Shown: positions 1-10,849 of the stretch, one piece after another
How the letters are laid out: each line of letters opens with the position of its first letter
Numbering within the stretch: the stretch's first letter is position 1
Source of the DNA: Deinococcota bacterium
GTDB taxonomy: Bacteria; Deinococcota; Deinococci; Deinococcales; Thermaceae
Reading direction: 5' to 3'
NCBI GenBank assembly: GCA_041695225.1
Contig: JBGFRI010000014.1
Coordinates: 128,001 to 192,000 of the forward strand
Length of the DNA stretch: 64,000 bases
Notes under the pieces: generated by a model
What the model was told of the DNA's origin: nothing
Seen by the model: only the letters and a program-made list of their open reading frames with translations
Databases searched by the model: none
Translations under genes and position numbers: made by a program

Positions 1-126
1 TCGTCCCCATGGTCCGATTCCACACCACCCCACTATTAAACCGCCCATCCGCGCTAGACTTAAGCTTGGTACAAGCGTCTGGATTGGTTGACCCGGCCTA
101 CTTGTGGGTTATACTGGGAGAAGAAA

Positions 127-519
127 ATGGGCATGAAACGCTTGACCAAGCAGCGCAAGGCGGTGCTCGAGGTGGTCCGGCTCGCTAAGGGCCACCACCC
201 CGATGCGGCCTGGGTATATTCTGAGGTGCGCAAGGCCGTACCCAGCATTAGCCTGGGAACCGTTTACCGTACCCTGGATGCTCTTACCCAGGAGGGCTAT
301 CTGCTCCCCCTCACCCGCCCCGGTGAGGCCCTGCGCTACGAGGCCAATCTGGACGGGCATCTGCATATGGTCTGCCGCAGGTGCAACGAGTTTTTTGACA
401 TCGTGCATCCGCTGCCCGACCTATTGAGCGGGGTCAAGGCCAGATATCCCGATTTTGACATTGAAAATGTCCAGGTAGAGTATCAGGGCGTTTGCCCAAA
501 GTGCAAAGACCAACACTAG
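127..519 (+). CDS. Fur/PerR-family transcriptional repressor
   Basis: RLTKQRKAVL, HPDA, SISLGTVYRTL HTH, HxHxxCxxC and C-terminal CxxC; TATACT at 110-115. Confidence 0.92.
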   Translation: MGMKRLTKQRKAVLEVVRLAKGHHPDAAWVYSEVRKAVPSISLGTVYRTLDALTQEGYLLPLTRPGEALRYEANLDGHLHMVCRRCNEFFDIVHPLPDLLSGVKARYPDFDIENVQVEYQGVCPKCKDQH

Positions 520-547
520 AGCGGTTCCACCAGTCCACCTTCTACGC

Positions 548-1198
548 TCAAATCGCCTCCGCCAATCGCCTGAAGACATCGGGCATCGGCGGCCTGGCTC
601 CGCCGTTGGCCCAGCTATAGCGCAGATCTGTCAGGTTGCCTGCCCCCACGCCCATGCCGTCGGGGAAAAGTGGGGTGTAATCCAGTAGACCTGCGACCTC
701 CTCTCCGCCAAGGCTCTCGCGAAACCGCCTTAGCTCCAGGGGGTGTCCAAAATGGAAGGCATAGGTATCTGCCTGGTGTTGCCACAAAAAGCGCGGCATG
801 AGCTGCGGCTGGGCCAGATTACCTTTTCGGCGAAGGCAGACCGAGGCCCGGCCGGGGCGCAGCCGCAGGGTGGCCTCGAGGACATCTCCCATGGCCCCAA
901 AACTGCCCACAAAAGGCCGCACCAGATCGTAACCTTGTACGTTTTTTACCGTGAGACCCCCGGCCTGGATGGTACGGCCTTTGGGTGATTTGAACTTGAG
1001 CCCCAGCACCTCGCTTCCCACAAAAAAAGTCTGGCCGAAGCCGCCCCGCTTGAGCCAGCCGTCCAGGCCAGCAGGTAGCTCCACCGGCGGGAATGGGGGG
1101 AAGAGGCCATGGGGTAGGGCCTCCCAGACCTCGGCCAGACGGGTATCGCCAGTGGCAGTCAGGTACTGATCGGCAGTGGAGACCTGTAATACCGGCAC
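548..1198 (-). CDS. FAD-binding oxidoreductase, GlcE-like
   Basis: [23 protein letters not shown] motif of GlcE-type FAD-binding subunits; TAGCAT 6 nt before GTG. Confidence 0.75.
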   Translation of the reverse strand: MPVLQVSTADQYLTATGDTRLAEVWEALPHGLFPPFPPVELPAGLDGWLKRGGFGQTFFVGSEVLGLKFKSPKGRTIQAGGLTVKNVQGYDLVRPFVGSFGAMGDVLEATLRLRPGRASVCLRRKGNLAQPQLMPRFLWQHQADTYAFHFGHPLELRRFRESLGGEEVAGLLDYTPLFPDGMGVGAGNLTDLRYSWANGGARPPMPDVFRRLAEAI

Positions 1199-1221
1199 CT
1201 CTCTATGCTATAAGCTCGGTC

Positions 1222-2748
1222 TTAGCGAAACAAGGCACAGCGCTCCTCAAAGGGGTCGGGAATCAGGCCGGACTGGGTATCGAATCCCATCGCATAGCCG
1301 CTTTTTATCTCCGGCCAGCCCAGCAAAATGGGCTGACCGGTGGTGGCAAAGTTGATCCACTGAGACTGTAGTTGATGGGCCAGAGGCCTCGAGGTGTCCA
1401 TGGCCTCTGCGGTCAGAAACAAGACCAGCGACGGCCAGCGGGTCTCGGTTCCAAACACCAGGGGCAGCTCGATACCGTGAAAACTGCCCAAAAACCCCAG
1501 CACCGGCGAGACCCAGCGCACCAGATAGGCGTAGGTGGGGGCGTGGTCGGACTGGGCTTTCCCAGCCGCCAGCGTAGGGCAGAGCAGGATACGGTCGGTC
1601 TGGAAATAAGCCCAGGCTTCGCTAGGGTCTGGGTGCCGGGCCTGGTAGAGCCTGGCGGCCCGCGAGCCCGTACCCGGCAGCCTCTCCTCAACCCGTCGGG
1701 CAAAATCGTCCCATGTGGACGGCCCAGCAAAACGCTCTCCCCAGGTCTCCTGGGCGGTTGCACCCACAATCAGCGAAATCCCGGCCGCATCGCCATCATG
1801 CAGAGCCCGGAGGGGTATCTTGTTTAACCATACTCCATCCAGATGGGGCTTCCAGGGTACCTCGGAGAACTCCCCCGCCTCGACCCGGCGCAGCAATGCC
1901 CCGATGCTGCGGTCTTCGGGGGGGAATAGCCGTTCCAGGGGTATCTGACGCAGACAGGCCAGGTCATCGGCGTTGCAGCCTAGTTGCTCTGCCCACTGCC
2001 GACCGGCCTGGAAGCCCTGCTCGAGGGTTCGAACGTACTCGCACCCACCAGACTGGATGATGGCTTTGTGGAACAGCCCTCTGGCAGCCTGGGTAGCCAG
2101 CAGTGTACAGACCGCCATCCCACCCGCCGACTGCCCAAAGAGGGTCACGTTATCTGGATTGCCGCCAAACGCTGCGATGTTTCGCTGTACCCAGCGCAGG
2201 GCTTCCAGCATATCCAGCAGCCCATAGTTGCCCGTCGAGCCATCGGGCGATTCTGCTCGTAGCGCGGGCAGGGCCAGCCAGCCCAGCGAACCCAGGCGGT
2301 AGTTGAAGCCCACCACCACTACTCCCTGAGCGGCCAGGGAAGTACCATCGTAGACTGGCTCGGCCCAGCTTCCCCCGGTAAAGCTGCCCCCGTGGATCCA
2401 GACCATCACCGGATAGCCCTCGGCAGGCGGTGCGGCCATCGGCGTCCAGACCCCCAGGTTCAGGCAGTCTTCGCTCTGCGGTGGGATGTAGCCCCCCAGC
2501 CGGGTGGTAAAGACTCCGCGCTGAGGGCAGGCGTGGCCCGGCTGGGTCGCCCCAAAGACGCCCTCCAGGCGCATGACCGGCTGCGGGGCCTTCCAGCGCT
2601 CGGCTCTGGCATAGGGGATGCCCAGAAAGTAGGCTACCTGGGCTTTTTCGTTGATGCCACCCAGAAAACGCCCCTGCGGGGTAAGTACAAGAGCCGACTG
2701 GCCAAGCGCAGCCCCTAGCAAAACCGCCAGAACAACCACCAGGCGCAT
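1222..2748 (-). CDS. Secreted carboxylesterase type B
   Basis: Signal peptide, FLGIPYA, SEDCLNL, WIHGGSF, GQSAG nucleophile elbow. Confidence 0.93.
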   Translation of the reverse strand: MRLVVVLAVLLGAALGQSALVLTPQGRFLGGINEKAQVAYFLGIPYARAERWKAPQPVMRLEGVFGATQPGHACPQRGVFTTRLGGYIPPQSEDCLNLGVWTPMAAPPAEGYPVMVWIHGGSFTGGSWAEPVYDGTSLAAQGVVVVGFNYRLGSLGWLALPALRAESPDGSTGNYGLLDMLEALRWVQRNIAAFGGNPDNVTLFGQSAGGMAVCTLLATQAARGLFHKAIIQSGGCEYVRTLEQGFQAGRQWAEQLGCNADDLACLRQIPLERLFPPEDRSIGALLRRVEAGEFSEVPWKPHLDGVWLNKIPLRALHDGDAAGISLIVGATAQETWGERFAGPSTWDDFARRVEERLPGTGSRAARLYQARHPDPSEAWAYFQTDRILLCPTLAAGKAQSDHAPTYAYLVRWVSPVLGFLGSFHGIELPLVFGTETRWPSLVLFLTAEAMDTSRPLAHQLQSQWINFATTGQPILLGWPEIKSGYAMGFDTQSGLIPDPFEERCALFR

Positions 2749-2963
2749 ATCTTTTATTGTGCTATGAAACCGAGGTCTTGGCTGTGTGTAGAGCCTATCT
2801 GGGATAGCCAGGCTCAGCTACTACCGGAGCAAACCGGTGGGGCGAAAGCCCAAGCTATCCAGTGTCAGCTTAGTACCGTTCAAGATGATGTGTACTCTTA
2901 CCATTGTCACGCGACTAGCATTTACTGCCATGCAACGGACTTGTGACCGTACCTGCCCCTGTG

Positions 2964-2994
2964 GAAGGAGCCTGCCCTGAGCCCGTCGAAGGGG
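2964..2994 (-). repeat. REP-like element (ccttcgac..ctcagggcaggct family)
   Basis: Reverse complement matches the 24-bp unit at 33494-33541. Confidence 0.75.
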
Positions 2995-3049
2995 AGTTCG
3001 AAGGAAAAGCAATAACCGGTAAGGATGATTGTCTGGGAGGTATCCCGCG

Positions 3050-3538
3050 TTACTCGCTCACTCGAAGCGCAAAGGGCCTGTTCGGCCCACTCGACTCCCA
3101 GTGCAACAACCACTCCTTTAGCCCCTCGAGCCCGGCAAACCCTCCCAGGCGCCCATCGGCGTGAATTACCCGCTGCGCGGGAACCACCAGAAAGAAGCGG
3201 CAGGCCCGCATTGCTGCCCCCGTGGCCCTGGGGCTCAGGCCGCAGAGCCGTCCCATCTGGGCATAGCTGCGGGTTTTTCCGATGGGAATGCGCCGCACTG
3301 CTTCATACAGGGCTACCCGGCGCGCATCAGTATCGGCGTAGTCCAAGGGTAGGTGCAAAAAAGTTTCGCCCTGGCCTGCAAAATAGCCATCCACCCGCCT
3401 GGCCAGGCTGTTCAGGAGCCCGTTGGGGCGCTCGGGGAAGCCCTCACCCAGGACCAGTAGCTCCACCGATAGCAGGGCCTGGCTGCTGGCTCTGGCAAAA
3501 AGCGGGCCAATGGGGGTGGGGATCAGCAGGCTGTACAT
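3050..3538 (-). CDS. Ogt/MGMT-family protein, alkyltransferase-like (no catalytic Cys)
   Basis: IPIGKTRSY, PRATGAAM, VPAQRVI instead of PCHRV, GGFAGLEGLKEWLL. Confidence 0.88.
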   Translation of the reverse strand: MYSLLIPTPIGPLFARASSQALLSVELLVLGEGFPERPNGLLNSLARRVDGYFAGQGETFLHLPLDYADTDARRVALYEAVRRIPIGKTRSYAQMGRLCGLSPRATGAAMRACRFFLVVPAQRVIHADGRLGGFAGLEGLKEWLLHWESSGPNRPFALRVSE

Positions 3539-3701
3539 CTGTGAGATCCATGGTCAAGTCGCCTACACAAAAGAAGCCCAAAAACCTTGGACCCAGTCCC
3601 GAGTGGACCTCGAGGGTTGATGGCAGTAGATATGAGTGGCGGTAAGTCTTGGATTTGAGCCATCCGCTAATCCCGGTAAAGATATCAATACCACACCGTG
3701 C

Positions 3702-4331
3702 TCAGGTTTTAGCTGCTTTTTCACGCTTGCTGGTCTCTCTGGCTACGGCGCCCTCGAGCATCAGGTCCAGGAACTTGGTCATCTCTTCCTTAAGTAGCCG
3801 CCCCGGAGTGTAGGCAGCCCAGCGCAGGGCCGAGAGCAGATACACATCGGCAATGGAGTGGGCGATGCGCTCGAGCGAGATGTCGGCGCGCAGCTTGCCG
3901 CGAAGCTTAAGGGGCCGCAGCACATCGGCAATCAGATCGCCCAGGGGTAAGGCTTCGAAGGCTACCTTGGCCCGCTGGGGGTCGGGGTTGAGCAATTCGT
4001 AGGCCAGGGGCGAGAGCAGTACCCGCTCACGTTCGCTTACCTCGGCCAACCGCCCCCACAGACGACGCAAGACCTCGAGGGGAGGCTCCCCCTGGCCTAG
4101 CTCGGCCAGGGCCTGTTCGCGCAGCTCGTTCAGCAGTTGGGCTCCAAAATCGAGCAGTACCGCCTCTTTATAAGCGTAGTAGTTGAAAAAAGTGCCGCGT
4201 GAGACATGCGAGGCTTTGGCAATGTCGGTAGCGGTGGTCTGGTGAAACCCCCTTTCACGGAAAAGGTTGATAGCAGTACGAAAGATGCGATCACGGCGAC
4301 GCTGCTTTTGCCTTTCCCGCAGAGTGAGCAT
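3702..4331 (-). CDS. TetR-family regulator
   Basis: N-terminal HTH (GFHQTTATDIAKASHVSRGTFFNYY); TACAAT 6 nt before ATG. Confidence 0.93.
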   Translation of the reverse strand: MLTLRERQKQRRRDRIFRTAINLFRERGFHQTTATDIAKASHVSRGTFFNYYAYKEAVLLDFGAQLLNELREQALAELGQGEPPLEVLRRLWGRLAEVSERERVLLSPLAYELLNPDPQRAKVAFEALPLGDLIADVLRPLKLRGKLRADISLERIAHSIADVYLLSALRWAAYTPGRLLKEEMTKFLDLMLEGAVARETSKREKAAKT

Positions 4332-4492
4332 GACGAGATTGTACCCAAGTCCAATAAATTGCGCTAGTCACCTTTTTGGGGTGGCATGCGTAATAATTGA
4401 CGAAGTGCTCTACCAGGGTCGAAGGCCAAAAACTTGCTGCCAGCAACGAACATACAATTGCCAGACTTTAGGTTTTAGACTAAACACCGGTC

Positions 4493-5836
4493 ATGCCTCG
4501 CCGTTCGATTTTCAGCCTGATCTCAGATATCCGGCACTGGCTACGCCCCGAAGGGGATCGTCCCGCTGGTGCACGGGCTACGGCCCGTCCCGAAGGGGAT
4601 CGTCCCGCTGGTGCACGGGCTACGGCCCGTCCCGAAGGGGATCGTCCCGCTGGTGCACGGGCTACGGCCCGTCCCGAAGGGGATCGTCCCGCTGGTGCAC
4701 GGGCTGCGGCCCGTCCCGAAGGGGATCGTCCCCCTGGTGCACGGGCTGCGGCCCGTCCCGAAGGGGATCGTCCCCAAGCCCGCCGCCCGACCACTAACCG
4801 GGTCTGGCTTTTCCTGCTGTTGGTAGGGGTGGCGGGGTATCTGGTATGGGATACCTACTCCCGCCCCGGTACGCAGGTATACAAAACCGCAGCGGGACTC
4901 GAGCTCTACTTTGCTCCCCAGCATGGCCGCGAAGCCAGAGAGCGTCTGATTGGGCTGATGGACGAAGCCCAGAGCCGCATCGAGGTGGCGGTGATGGAAC
5001 TCGAAGACCGCGAGATTGGCCAGGCCCTAACCAGGGCCGCCGCCCGAGGGGTGCAGGTGCGGCTGTTTACCGACTCCGATTATCGCCGCGAAACCCGCGA
5101 AAGCCTGGGGACTCTTAGCAACAGTCGGGCCCGCTGCGAGACCCTGCAACAAGTACAGGTCTGCTACGATAGCCGCAACGATGCCCTGATGCACCACAAG
5201 TTTGTGTTAATAGACCAGAAGGGGGTCTGGACCGGCAGCACCAACCTGACCTGGGGTGCTTTTGAGCGCAACAACGAGAATAGTCTGTGGCTTGCGGACG
5301 TGGGCCTGGTACAGGCCTACCGGGCCGAGTTCGATGCCATCTTTGCGGGCCAGGAAAGTGGTCTGGGCCGCTCCCAGGGCTTCTGGCTGGGCGCTACCGA
5401 GGGTAGGGTGTACTTTAGCCCGGCCGGAGGCCTAAAGGCCCGCCAAGCCATTCTGGATTTAGTCCAGCGCAGTAGCCGCGAAATCTGGGTCGCAGCATTT
5501 GTGCTGACCGATGGTCGCATATTGCAGGCGCTGACCAGCGCCCACCAGCGTGGGGTGCAGGTGCGGGTAGTGATAGATGGGCGGAACCTGGAAAACTCTC
5601 GCGAGGAGCGGCTCGCCCTGGCCGGCATTGAAGTGCGCCAGGATGGCAACCCCTACGCCATGCACCACAAAGTAATGGTTTTGGACCGCGAGTGGGTGGT
5701 CACGGGCAGCTCTAACTTCACCAACTCGGGTTTTGGGCGCAACAACGAAAACCTGCTAATTTTGCGCGACGGCGCCCTGGCGCAACGCTACCGGCGTGAA
5801 GTGGAGGCCATCTGGCGGGCGGGGCGACCGCCTTAG
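4493..5836 (+). CDS. Phospholipase D-family protein (two HKD motifs) with N-terminal repeat insertion
   Basis: HHKFVLID and HHKVMVLD, GSxNxT, ENxL motifs; TM anchor follows the repeat. Confidence 0.9.
   Translation: MPRRSIFSLISDIRHWLRPEGDRPAGARATARPEGDRPAGARATARPEGDRPAGARATARPEGDRPAGARAAARPEGDRPPGARAAARPEGDRPQARRPTTNRVWLFLLLVGVAGYLVWDTYSRPGTQVYKTAAGLELYFAPQHGREARERLIGLMDEAQSRIEVAVMELEDREIGQALTRAAARGVQVRLFTDSDYRRETRESLGTLSNSRARCETLQQVQVCYDSRNDALMHHKFVLIDQKGVWTGSTNLTWGAFERNNENSLWLADVGLVQAYRAEFDAIFAGQESGLGRSQGFWLGATEGRVYFSPAGGLKARQAILDLVQRSSREIWVAAFVLTDGRILQALTSAHQRGVQVRVVIDGRNLENSREERLALAGIEVRQDGNPYAMHHKVMVLDREWVVTGSSNFTNSGFGRNNENLLILRDGALAQRYRREVEAIWRAGRPP
4547..4775 (+). repeat. About 5.4 tandem copies of a 42-bp palindromic element, in frame
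   Basis: Unit cccgaaggggatcgtcccgctggtgcacgggctacggcccgt, read as RPEGDRPAGARATA. Confidence 0.97.
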
Positions 5837-5906
5837 GGACACCGGGCTTCAGAGATGGTATGCCTGACCCTCGAGCACCAGCTAAACCCGCACTCCCCCT
5901 CCTGCC

Positions 5907-6485
5907 ATGACCCACCTGCCTACCCTGGTTCTTGCCTCGCAAAGCCCTCGCCGCGCCGAGCTGCTCCGGCGGCTATCGCTGCCCTTTACAGCTGTTCCAG
6001 CCAGCATAGACGAAGACGCCCTGGAAGGCCTCGAGCCCCATCTGCTGGCCCAGGAACTAGCAGCCCAGAAAGCCCAGGCCATCTGGCAGCCCGGACAGTG
6101 GGTGCTCGCCGCCGATACCGTGGTGGCCATGGGCCACCAAACGCTGGGTAAACCGCAAAATACGCTGGAAAACATAGCCTTCTTGAGGCGCCTGTCGGGC
6201 CGTAGCCACTCTGTGTATACCGGCTTTGCCATCCTGAAACCCGATGGGTTCTTGCATACTGAGGTGGTCCCAGCGCAGGTCACTTTTCGGGCGTTACGGG
6301 AGTGGGAGCTAAAGTGGTATGCGCAGAGCGGCGAGGGACTGGACAAGGCCGGAGGGTACGGTGCGCAGGGTTTAGGCATGGTGCTTTTGGAGCACATCGA
6401 GGGCGATTTCTATACCGTGATGGGCCTCCCGGTAAGCCGGGTCTGGCAGCGCCTCTGGGAGCTGGGCTATTTTGGTGCGGTTTAG
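5907..6485 (+). CDS. maf: Maf-family nucleotide pyrophosphatase
   Basis: LVLASQSPRRAELL, ADTVV, LGKP, DKAGGYGAQG, VMGLP. Confidence 0.95.
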   Translation: MTHLPTLVLASQSPRRAELLRRLSLPFTAVPASIDEDALEGLEPHLLAQELAAQKAQAIWQPGQWVLAADTVVAMGHQTLGKPQNTLENIAFLRRLSGRSHSVYTGFAILKPDGFLHTEVVPAQVTFRALREWELKWYAQSGEGLDKAGGYGAQGLGMVLLEHIEGDFYTVMGLPVSRVWQRLWELGYFGAV

Positions 6486-6575
6486 GACAGCTTCTGTCGG
6501 CAAGAGGGGCGCTCGACTGGACAGCTCTGGTTTTCAACCCGACCGATGCCGTGGCAGTAAGTATAATCCCTGTAG

Positions 6576-7262
6576 ATGCAAGCCCTCATCTTCGACTTCG
6601 ACGGCACCATTCTTGACACCGAAAGCAGCGAATTTCAGGCCTGGCAAGAGGTTTACCAGCGATATGGGGTAGAGCTTACGCTGGAATACTGGCTTCCCTT
6701 TATCGGCAACAACTCGATTCCCTTCGATCCGGTCGGTCATCTAGAAGTGCAGGTTGGCGAACTACTGGACAAACACAGTCTGGAAGACTGGGTCTGGCAG
6801 CGCAAGCAAGAACTCAACCAGGCGTTAGAGCCCCTGCCAGGGGTGCTGGACTACCTGGATGCCGCCCTGGCCATGGGTCTCAAGCTGGCCGTGGCCAGCA
6901 GCTCAAGCCGGGACTGGGTGGAGGGGCACCTGGCCCGGTTGGGGCTTCTGGAGCGTTTCGAGGTAGTTCGCACCAAGGAAAATGTCGCGCTCACCAAACC
7001 CGACCCAGCCTTGTTTTTGCGGGCGGCGGAGGAGCTGGGTATGCATCCAGCCCAGGCCATTGTGCTGGAGGATTCGCTCAACGGGGTGCGGGCGGCCAAG
7101 TCGGCGGGGGCTTTTACGGTGGCGATTCCCAACGCCATCACCAGGCACTTGGACTTGAGCCAGGCCGATCTGCTACTCACCTGCCTGTGTGACCTGCCGC
7201 TGTGGGAATTGCTGCAAATCGCACGACGGCGAGGCAGCGCAAAGCTACCCACCATTATTTAA
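6576..7262 (+). CDS. HAD-family phosphatase
   Basis: FDFDGTILD, KPDP, LEDS motifs. Confidence 0.93.
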   Translation: MQALIFDFDGTILDTESSEFQAWQEVYQRYGVELTLEYWLPFIGNNSIPFDPVGHLEVQVGELLDKHSLEDWVWQRKQELNQALEPLPGVLDYLDAALAMGLKLAVASSSSRDWVEGHLARLGLLERFEVVRTKENVALTKPDPALFLRAAEELGMHPAQAIVLEDSLNGVRAAKSAGAFTVAIPNAITRHLDLSQADLLLTCLCDLPLWELLQIARRRGSAKLPTII

Positions 7263-8321
7263 AAAGCGCAGAATGCCGCGCGCCATGGCTTCAGCCAGGG
7301 TCTGGCGGTACTCACTGGTCTGGAGGCGGCGGCCCTCCACCGGGTGATTGGCAAAGCCTACCTCGACCAGCACCGCCGGTATGCGCGCGTTCCGCAGTAC
7401 ATAGAATGGGGCCTGGCGTACCCCCCGGTCTACTGCGCCGGTGGCCCGGACCAGCTCGGTTTGCAGATAGGTCGCAAGGCGACGCGAAAAGCTGAGATTA
7501 GACTGGGCGATCAGGTCTTTTACCAGCCGCTCCGCCACGCTTTGTGCCTCACGGGTCAGGCGGCGGCCCACCTCGCCCCCACCGTTTTCGCGGATGACCT
7601 GGGCCAGTAAGTTGCTGTCTATGGTGTTGCCGAAATGGAATACCTCGATACCCTGGGCAACAGTGTAGGCGCTATTGACGTGGATGGAAACAAACAAAGT
7701 CCGGGCGGAATTTGCCATCGCTGCCCGAAGCCCCAGGTCGGTGGCCTTGTCGCGGGCCAGGTGCATGTCCCGATCGCGCGTGAGCACCACCTGAATTCCC
7801 TGAGCCTGCAACAATCGCTTCAGGCGGAAGGCCAGGTCGAGGTTGACCTCCGATTCCCTCACAAACCCCACTGCGCCGGGGTCTACCCCTCCATGCCCTG
7901 GGTCTAATACCACTATCCTGGGCTGGGTGCGTGGTCTGGGCGGCTGCGGCTGGGGCTGGGGCGGGCTCTGAGCGGGGCGGGCCGGGCTTACCACATCCAC
8001 TACCAGGCGTCGCCGGTTTCCATCGTTTAGCACCGAGGTGTTGACCTCTACACCTGGCCTAAGCCTAATGAACGCGGTGGCCCCGTTCGATGCAGGTACC
8101 ACCTGAAAGGAGGCCACCTGGGGCGAGCCCACGCCCGTATCGGCAGCGCCTGGGCTTACCCCGCTAAAACGAATGGTCACGGTGTCGGGGGTCTGGGAGA
8201 TCTGAAAACTGGCGCCGGCAGTCAGATCAAATACCAGCCGGGTAAAGCCCTCGTGAAGGCCCAGGCGCGGGAAGGCCAGAGCGGGAGCCAGAAGTACAAT
8301 CAGAAAGGCAATTAGCCGCAT
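7245..8321 (-). CDS. N-acetylmuramoyl-L-alanine amidase (Amidase_3) with N-terminal AMIN-like domain
   Basis: VVLDPGHGGVDPGA, FVSIHVNS, AVLVEVGF; signal peptide. Confidence 0.93.
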   Translation of the reverse strand: MRLIAFLIVLLAPALAFPRLGLHEGFTRLVFDLTAGASFQISQTPDTVTIRFSGVSPGAADTGVGSPQVASFQVVPASNGATAFIRLRPGVEVNTSVLNDGNRRRLVVDVVSPARPAQSPPQPQPQPPRPRTQPRIVVLDPGHGGVDPGAVGFVRESEVNLDLAFRLKRLLQAQGIQVVLTRDRDMHLARDKATDLGLRAAMANSARTLFVSIHVNSAYTVAQGIEVFHFGNTIDSNLLAQVIRENGGGEVGRRLTREAQSVAERLVKDLIAQSNLSFSRRLATYLQTELVRATGAVDRGVRQAPFYVLRNARIPAVLVEVGFANHPVEGRRLQTSEYRQTLAEAMARGILRFLNNGG

Positions 8322-8524
8322 CCACTCCGGAGTATAGCCCAAAACGGTCAGCAATTCGGAAGATTCGACCTTAATTGTTCAGGCCAAGGGCTGTGTATAG
8401 TTTGTGGCTCGAGGCTGGTGGCCTCTGACCATACTCGGTATGTTTCACCGACCATTTCGGAATTGCACCCTCGGTTGATGATCTGCTCATTCGGTTCATG
8501 CCCAGGGCCCCTAGGATTGGAAGG

Positions 8525-9148
8525 ATGAAGCCTTTGTTGGTTCTGCTCACCTTTGTGTCGTTGGTGGTGTTCGCTTCGCGGTTTGCGGGCTTTGAGGTCA
8601 AGCCCAGAGGCAATTCGGAACTGGATATAGGAACCGGCATCTATACCCTACCCCAGGGCGGCACCATCACCGACAACCGCAACGGACTGGTGCTGGAAGC
8701 CCGTCACATCCAGTACAGGGACGGCGAGTTTATCAGGGCCCAGGGGGCCACCCTCAGGTCTAATGAGGGCACCTTTAGCGCAGCCAGCCTCGAGTATCAG
8801 CAAAAACCCGATACCTTGCGGATGAATGGGGTGCGTTTTAGTTCCCAGCAGTTACGGGGCATCGCGGCACAACAGGGTTTGCTGCTGGGAAATGGCGTTC
8901 TGGTGCTCAAAGGCCAGGTGCGCTCGAGTGACCCGGCGCTAGAGGCCAGCACGGTAATTGTGGATACCGCCCGCGACCAGGCCCTGGTGCTGGGAGCATT
9001 TACCTTCCGTGACGGGACCACCACTCTGCGCGGAACGCGGCCCGAGAGCACCTTGTTGCTTAGCTTTACCGATGGCAGGGTGCGGGCTAACACCCGTGTT
9101 CCGGCAGACATTTTGCACCGCCTGCGGCCATTCGCCGATAAACTGTAA
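8525..9148 (+). CDS. Exported beta-rich protein, possibly LptA/OstA-like
   Basis: Signal peptide, beta-strand pattern, directly upstream of LptD-like and LptF/G-like genes. Confidence 0.5.
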   Translation: MKPLLVLLTFVSLVVFASRFAGFEVKPRGNSELDIGTGIYTLPQGGTITDNRNGLVLEARHIQYRDGEFIRAQGATLRSNEGTFSAASLEYQQKPDTLRMNGVRFSSQQLRGIAAQQGLLLGNGVLVLKGQVRSSDPALEASTVIVDTARDQALVLGAFTFRDGTTTLRGTRPESTLLLSFTDGRVRANTRVPADILHRLRPFADKL

Positions 9149-9151
9149 GGC

Positions 9152-10849
9152 GTGCAAATGGCGCCAGACGAAAATTGGGCTGCGGGCAAGCGTTGCGCGG
9201 ACGATCCCCTTGGGGACGGGCCGCAGCCCGTACACCAGGACGACAAGGGGGCCTCACGTCCCAACCTCCCCTATTCTCTTGCTCCCTTGATCTATTTACT
9301 ATTCCTGCTGCTAGTCAGTCTGGCCTGGGCTTCACCAGCCACCCCCTGCGCCGAGAAGCCCTACACCCTCGAGACCCCCGAAGGGCTGGCAGGTGGGGGC
9401 AATCTGGAATTCGATGACCAGGTGGCCATCTTTAGCGATGGTGCTTGTCTAGAGACCCAGGGCTTGCTGTTGCGCGCACCCAGCCTGCAATTCGACCAGG
9501 CCAGCGGCGCCCTTACCGCCGCTAATATCGAGGTGGAAACCCCACGCTACCGCTTCTGGGCCCAGCACGCTCTGGTGAAGGGACAGGTCATGCAGGCCAG
9601 CGGGATTCGGGCCACCACCTGCAGGTGCGGCGACGACCTGCGGTTTTTGTCGGAGACCCTGTGGTTTGACACCCAGACCGGCGAGATCGTGCTAAATGAT
9701 ACCGAGCTCGAGCTATTTCGCTTTGGCCTGGCCCGCTTTAATGAAATGCGCCTCGATCCCGACCAGCCCATCGGCCAGACCCTGGGCCTAACCCAGGACG
9801 CTACGGGGGTCCTTATCCTGCCTGTTCGTTTCGATTTTGACCAGGGGTTGAACCTGGGTCTGAGCGATTTTCCTTTAATCGAAGGGGGTGCCCTGCCCGG
9901 CAGGTTCACCACCCGGCTGACCCTTTTGGGCCTGGGTCTGGGCGGCCCCGATCCGGTGTTTCGGATTGGGCTGGCGGCCCAGGAAGAAGGCCGCCGGGCC
10001 AGCTTTCAGCTCGATGGCAGGGCCAGCGGCTTTGCCAGCCGGGGAGAAGTGGTGGACGGCCCCATGTTTTTTGTCCACGACAGCGGAAAGGGGCGGTATG
10101 CCTTTGGGCTCAGGCAGGCCTTTGCGCTGGAGCGCTTTACCCTGACCCCTTTTGCCTGGGCTGCCCAGGACCGGCGGGACGGAACTCCCGCCACCCTGCA
10201 GCAAGGCTTAGCAGTCGGCGCCGAGTTGCGCTACAGATTCGAGTTACAGGAAGGGCCATTTCGCTTTCACCTCGAGCCTTTTGCACTGGCTGCGCTCTAC
10301 GACCGGCCCCAGCACTACCTGGCCTACGGTGGGCTGATTGAGGGCCGTTATGAGGGCGATTTTGCCCTGCGTCTGGGCTATACCTGGGCCGTCGAGCCTA
10401 CCCCGGCCCGCTTCTGGCTCGAGCGCCGCGGGGCTACGCAGAGGCTCTCCGGCAGCCTGCAATACCCAGGGTTCAGACTCGAGGCCGAGCACGACTTCCT
10501 CAGAAGCCAGACCCAGGGCCTCCTGCGGATCGGCTATAGCCGGGACTTTGGCGAGATGTGGGCCCAGTTCAATATGGGCAAAACCTTTGCAAACGGGCGC
10601 AGCTACTGGGGGCAAAGAGAACTGGTGTTGGGCTTCGCCCCGGTGCCCCTCACCTGCACCTTTGACCTCAACCTCACACCCTTCCTCGGGTATGATTTCC
10701 TGCGGCAGGGTGTTAGCCGCTGGGGGTTGGAGCTGCGCTACGCCGACTGTTGTTTTATCTGGCGACTGGGTTACCAGCAAGTCCTCATCGCCCAGCACCC
10801 CGGCGAGATCGCCCGCGGCAGGCTGGTTTTTGGGCTGGAAATTCGATGA
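9152..10849 (+). CDS. LptD/OstA-like outer-membrane protein (start uncertain)
   Basis: Beta-jellyroll-like N-terminus, ATTC motif, barrel-like C-terminus with YADCCF; true start may be near the hydrophobic stretch at ~9287. Confidence 0.65.
   Translation: MQMAPDENWAAGKRCADDPLGDGPQPVHQDDKGASRPNLPYSLAPLIYLLFLLLVSLAWASPATPCAEKPYTLETPEGLAGGGNLEFDDQVAIFSDGACLETQGLLLRAPSLQFDQASGALTAANIEVETPRYRFWAQHALVKGQVMQASGIRATTCRCGDDLRFLSETLWFDTQTGEIVLNDTELELFRFGLARFNEMRLDPDQPIGQTLGLTQDATGVLILPVRFDFDQGLNLGLSDFPLIEGGALPGRFTTRLTLLGLGLGGPDPVFRIGLAAQEEGRRASFQLDGRASGFASRGEVVDGPMFFVHDSGKGRYAFGLRQAFALERFTLTPFAWAAQDRRDGTPATLQQGLAVGAELRYRFELQEGPFRFHLEPFALAALYDRPQHYLAYGGLIEGRYEGDFALRLGYTWAVEPTPARFWLERRGATQRLSGSLQYPGFRLEAEHDFLRSQTQGLLRIGYSRDFGEMWAQFNMGKTFANGRSYWGQRELVLGFAPVPLTCTFDLNLTPFLGYDFLRQGVSRWGLELRYADCCFIWRLGYQQVLIAQHPGEIARGRLVFGLEIR
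9199..9239 (-). repeat. Single diverged copy of the 42-bp element
   Basis: ggacgatccccttggggacgggccgcagcccgtacaccagg is the reverse complement of the PLD unit with a few mismatches. Confidence 0.85.

Noticed and set aside
2826..2852. c-di-GMP-I riboswitch (gcaaacc..gcgaaagcc)
   Set aside because: Lacks the P2 GNRA hairpin arrangement and P3, and is antisense to the adjacent gene.
4547..4775. CRISPR array
   Set aside because: Units are contiguous with no unique spacers, lie in frame in a gene, and no cas genes are present.
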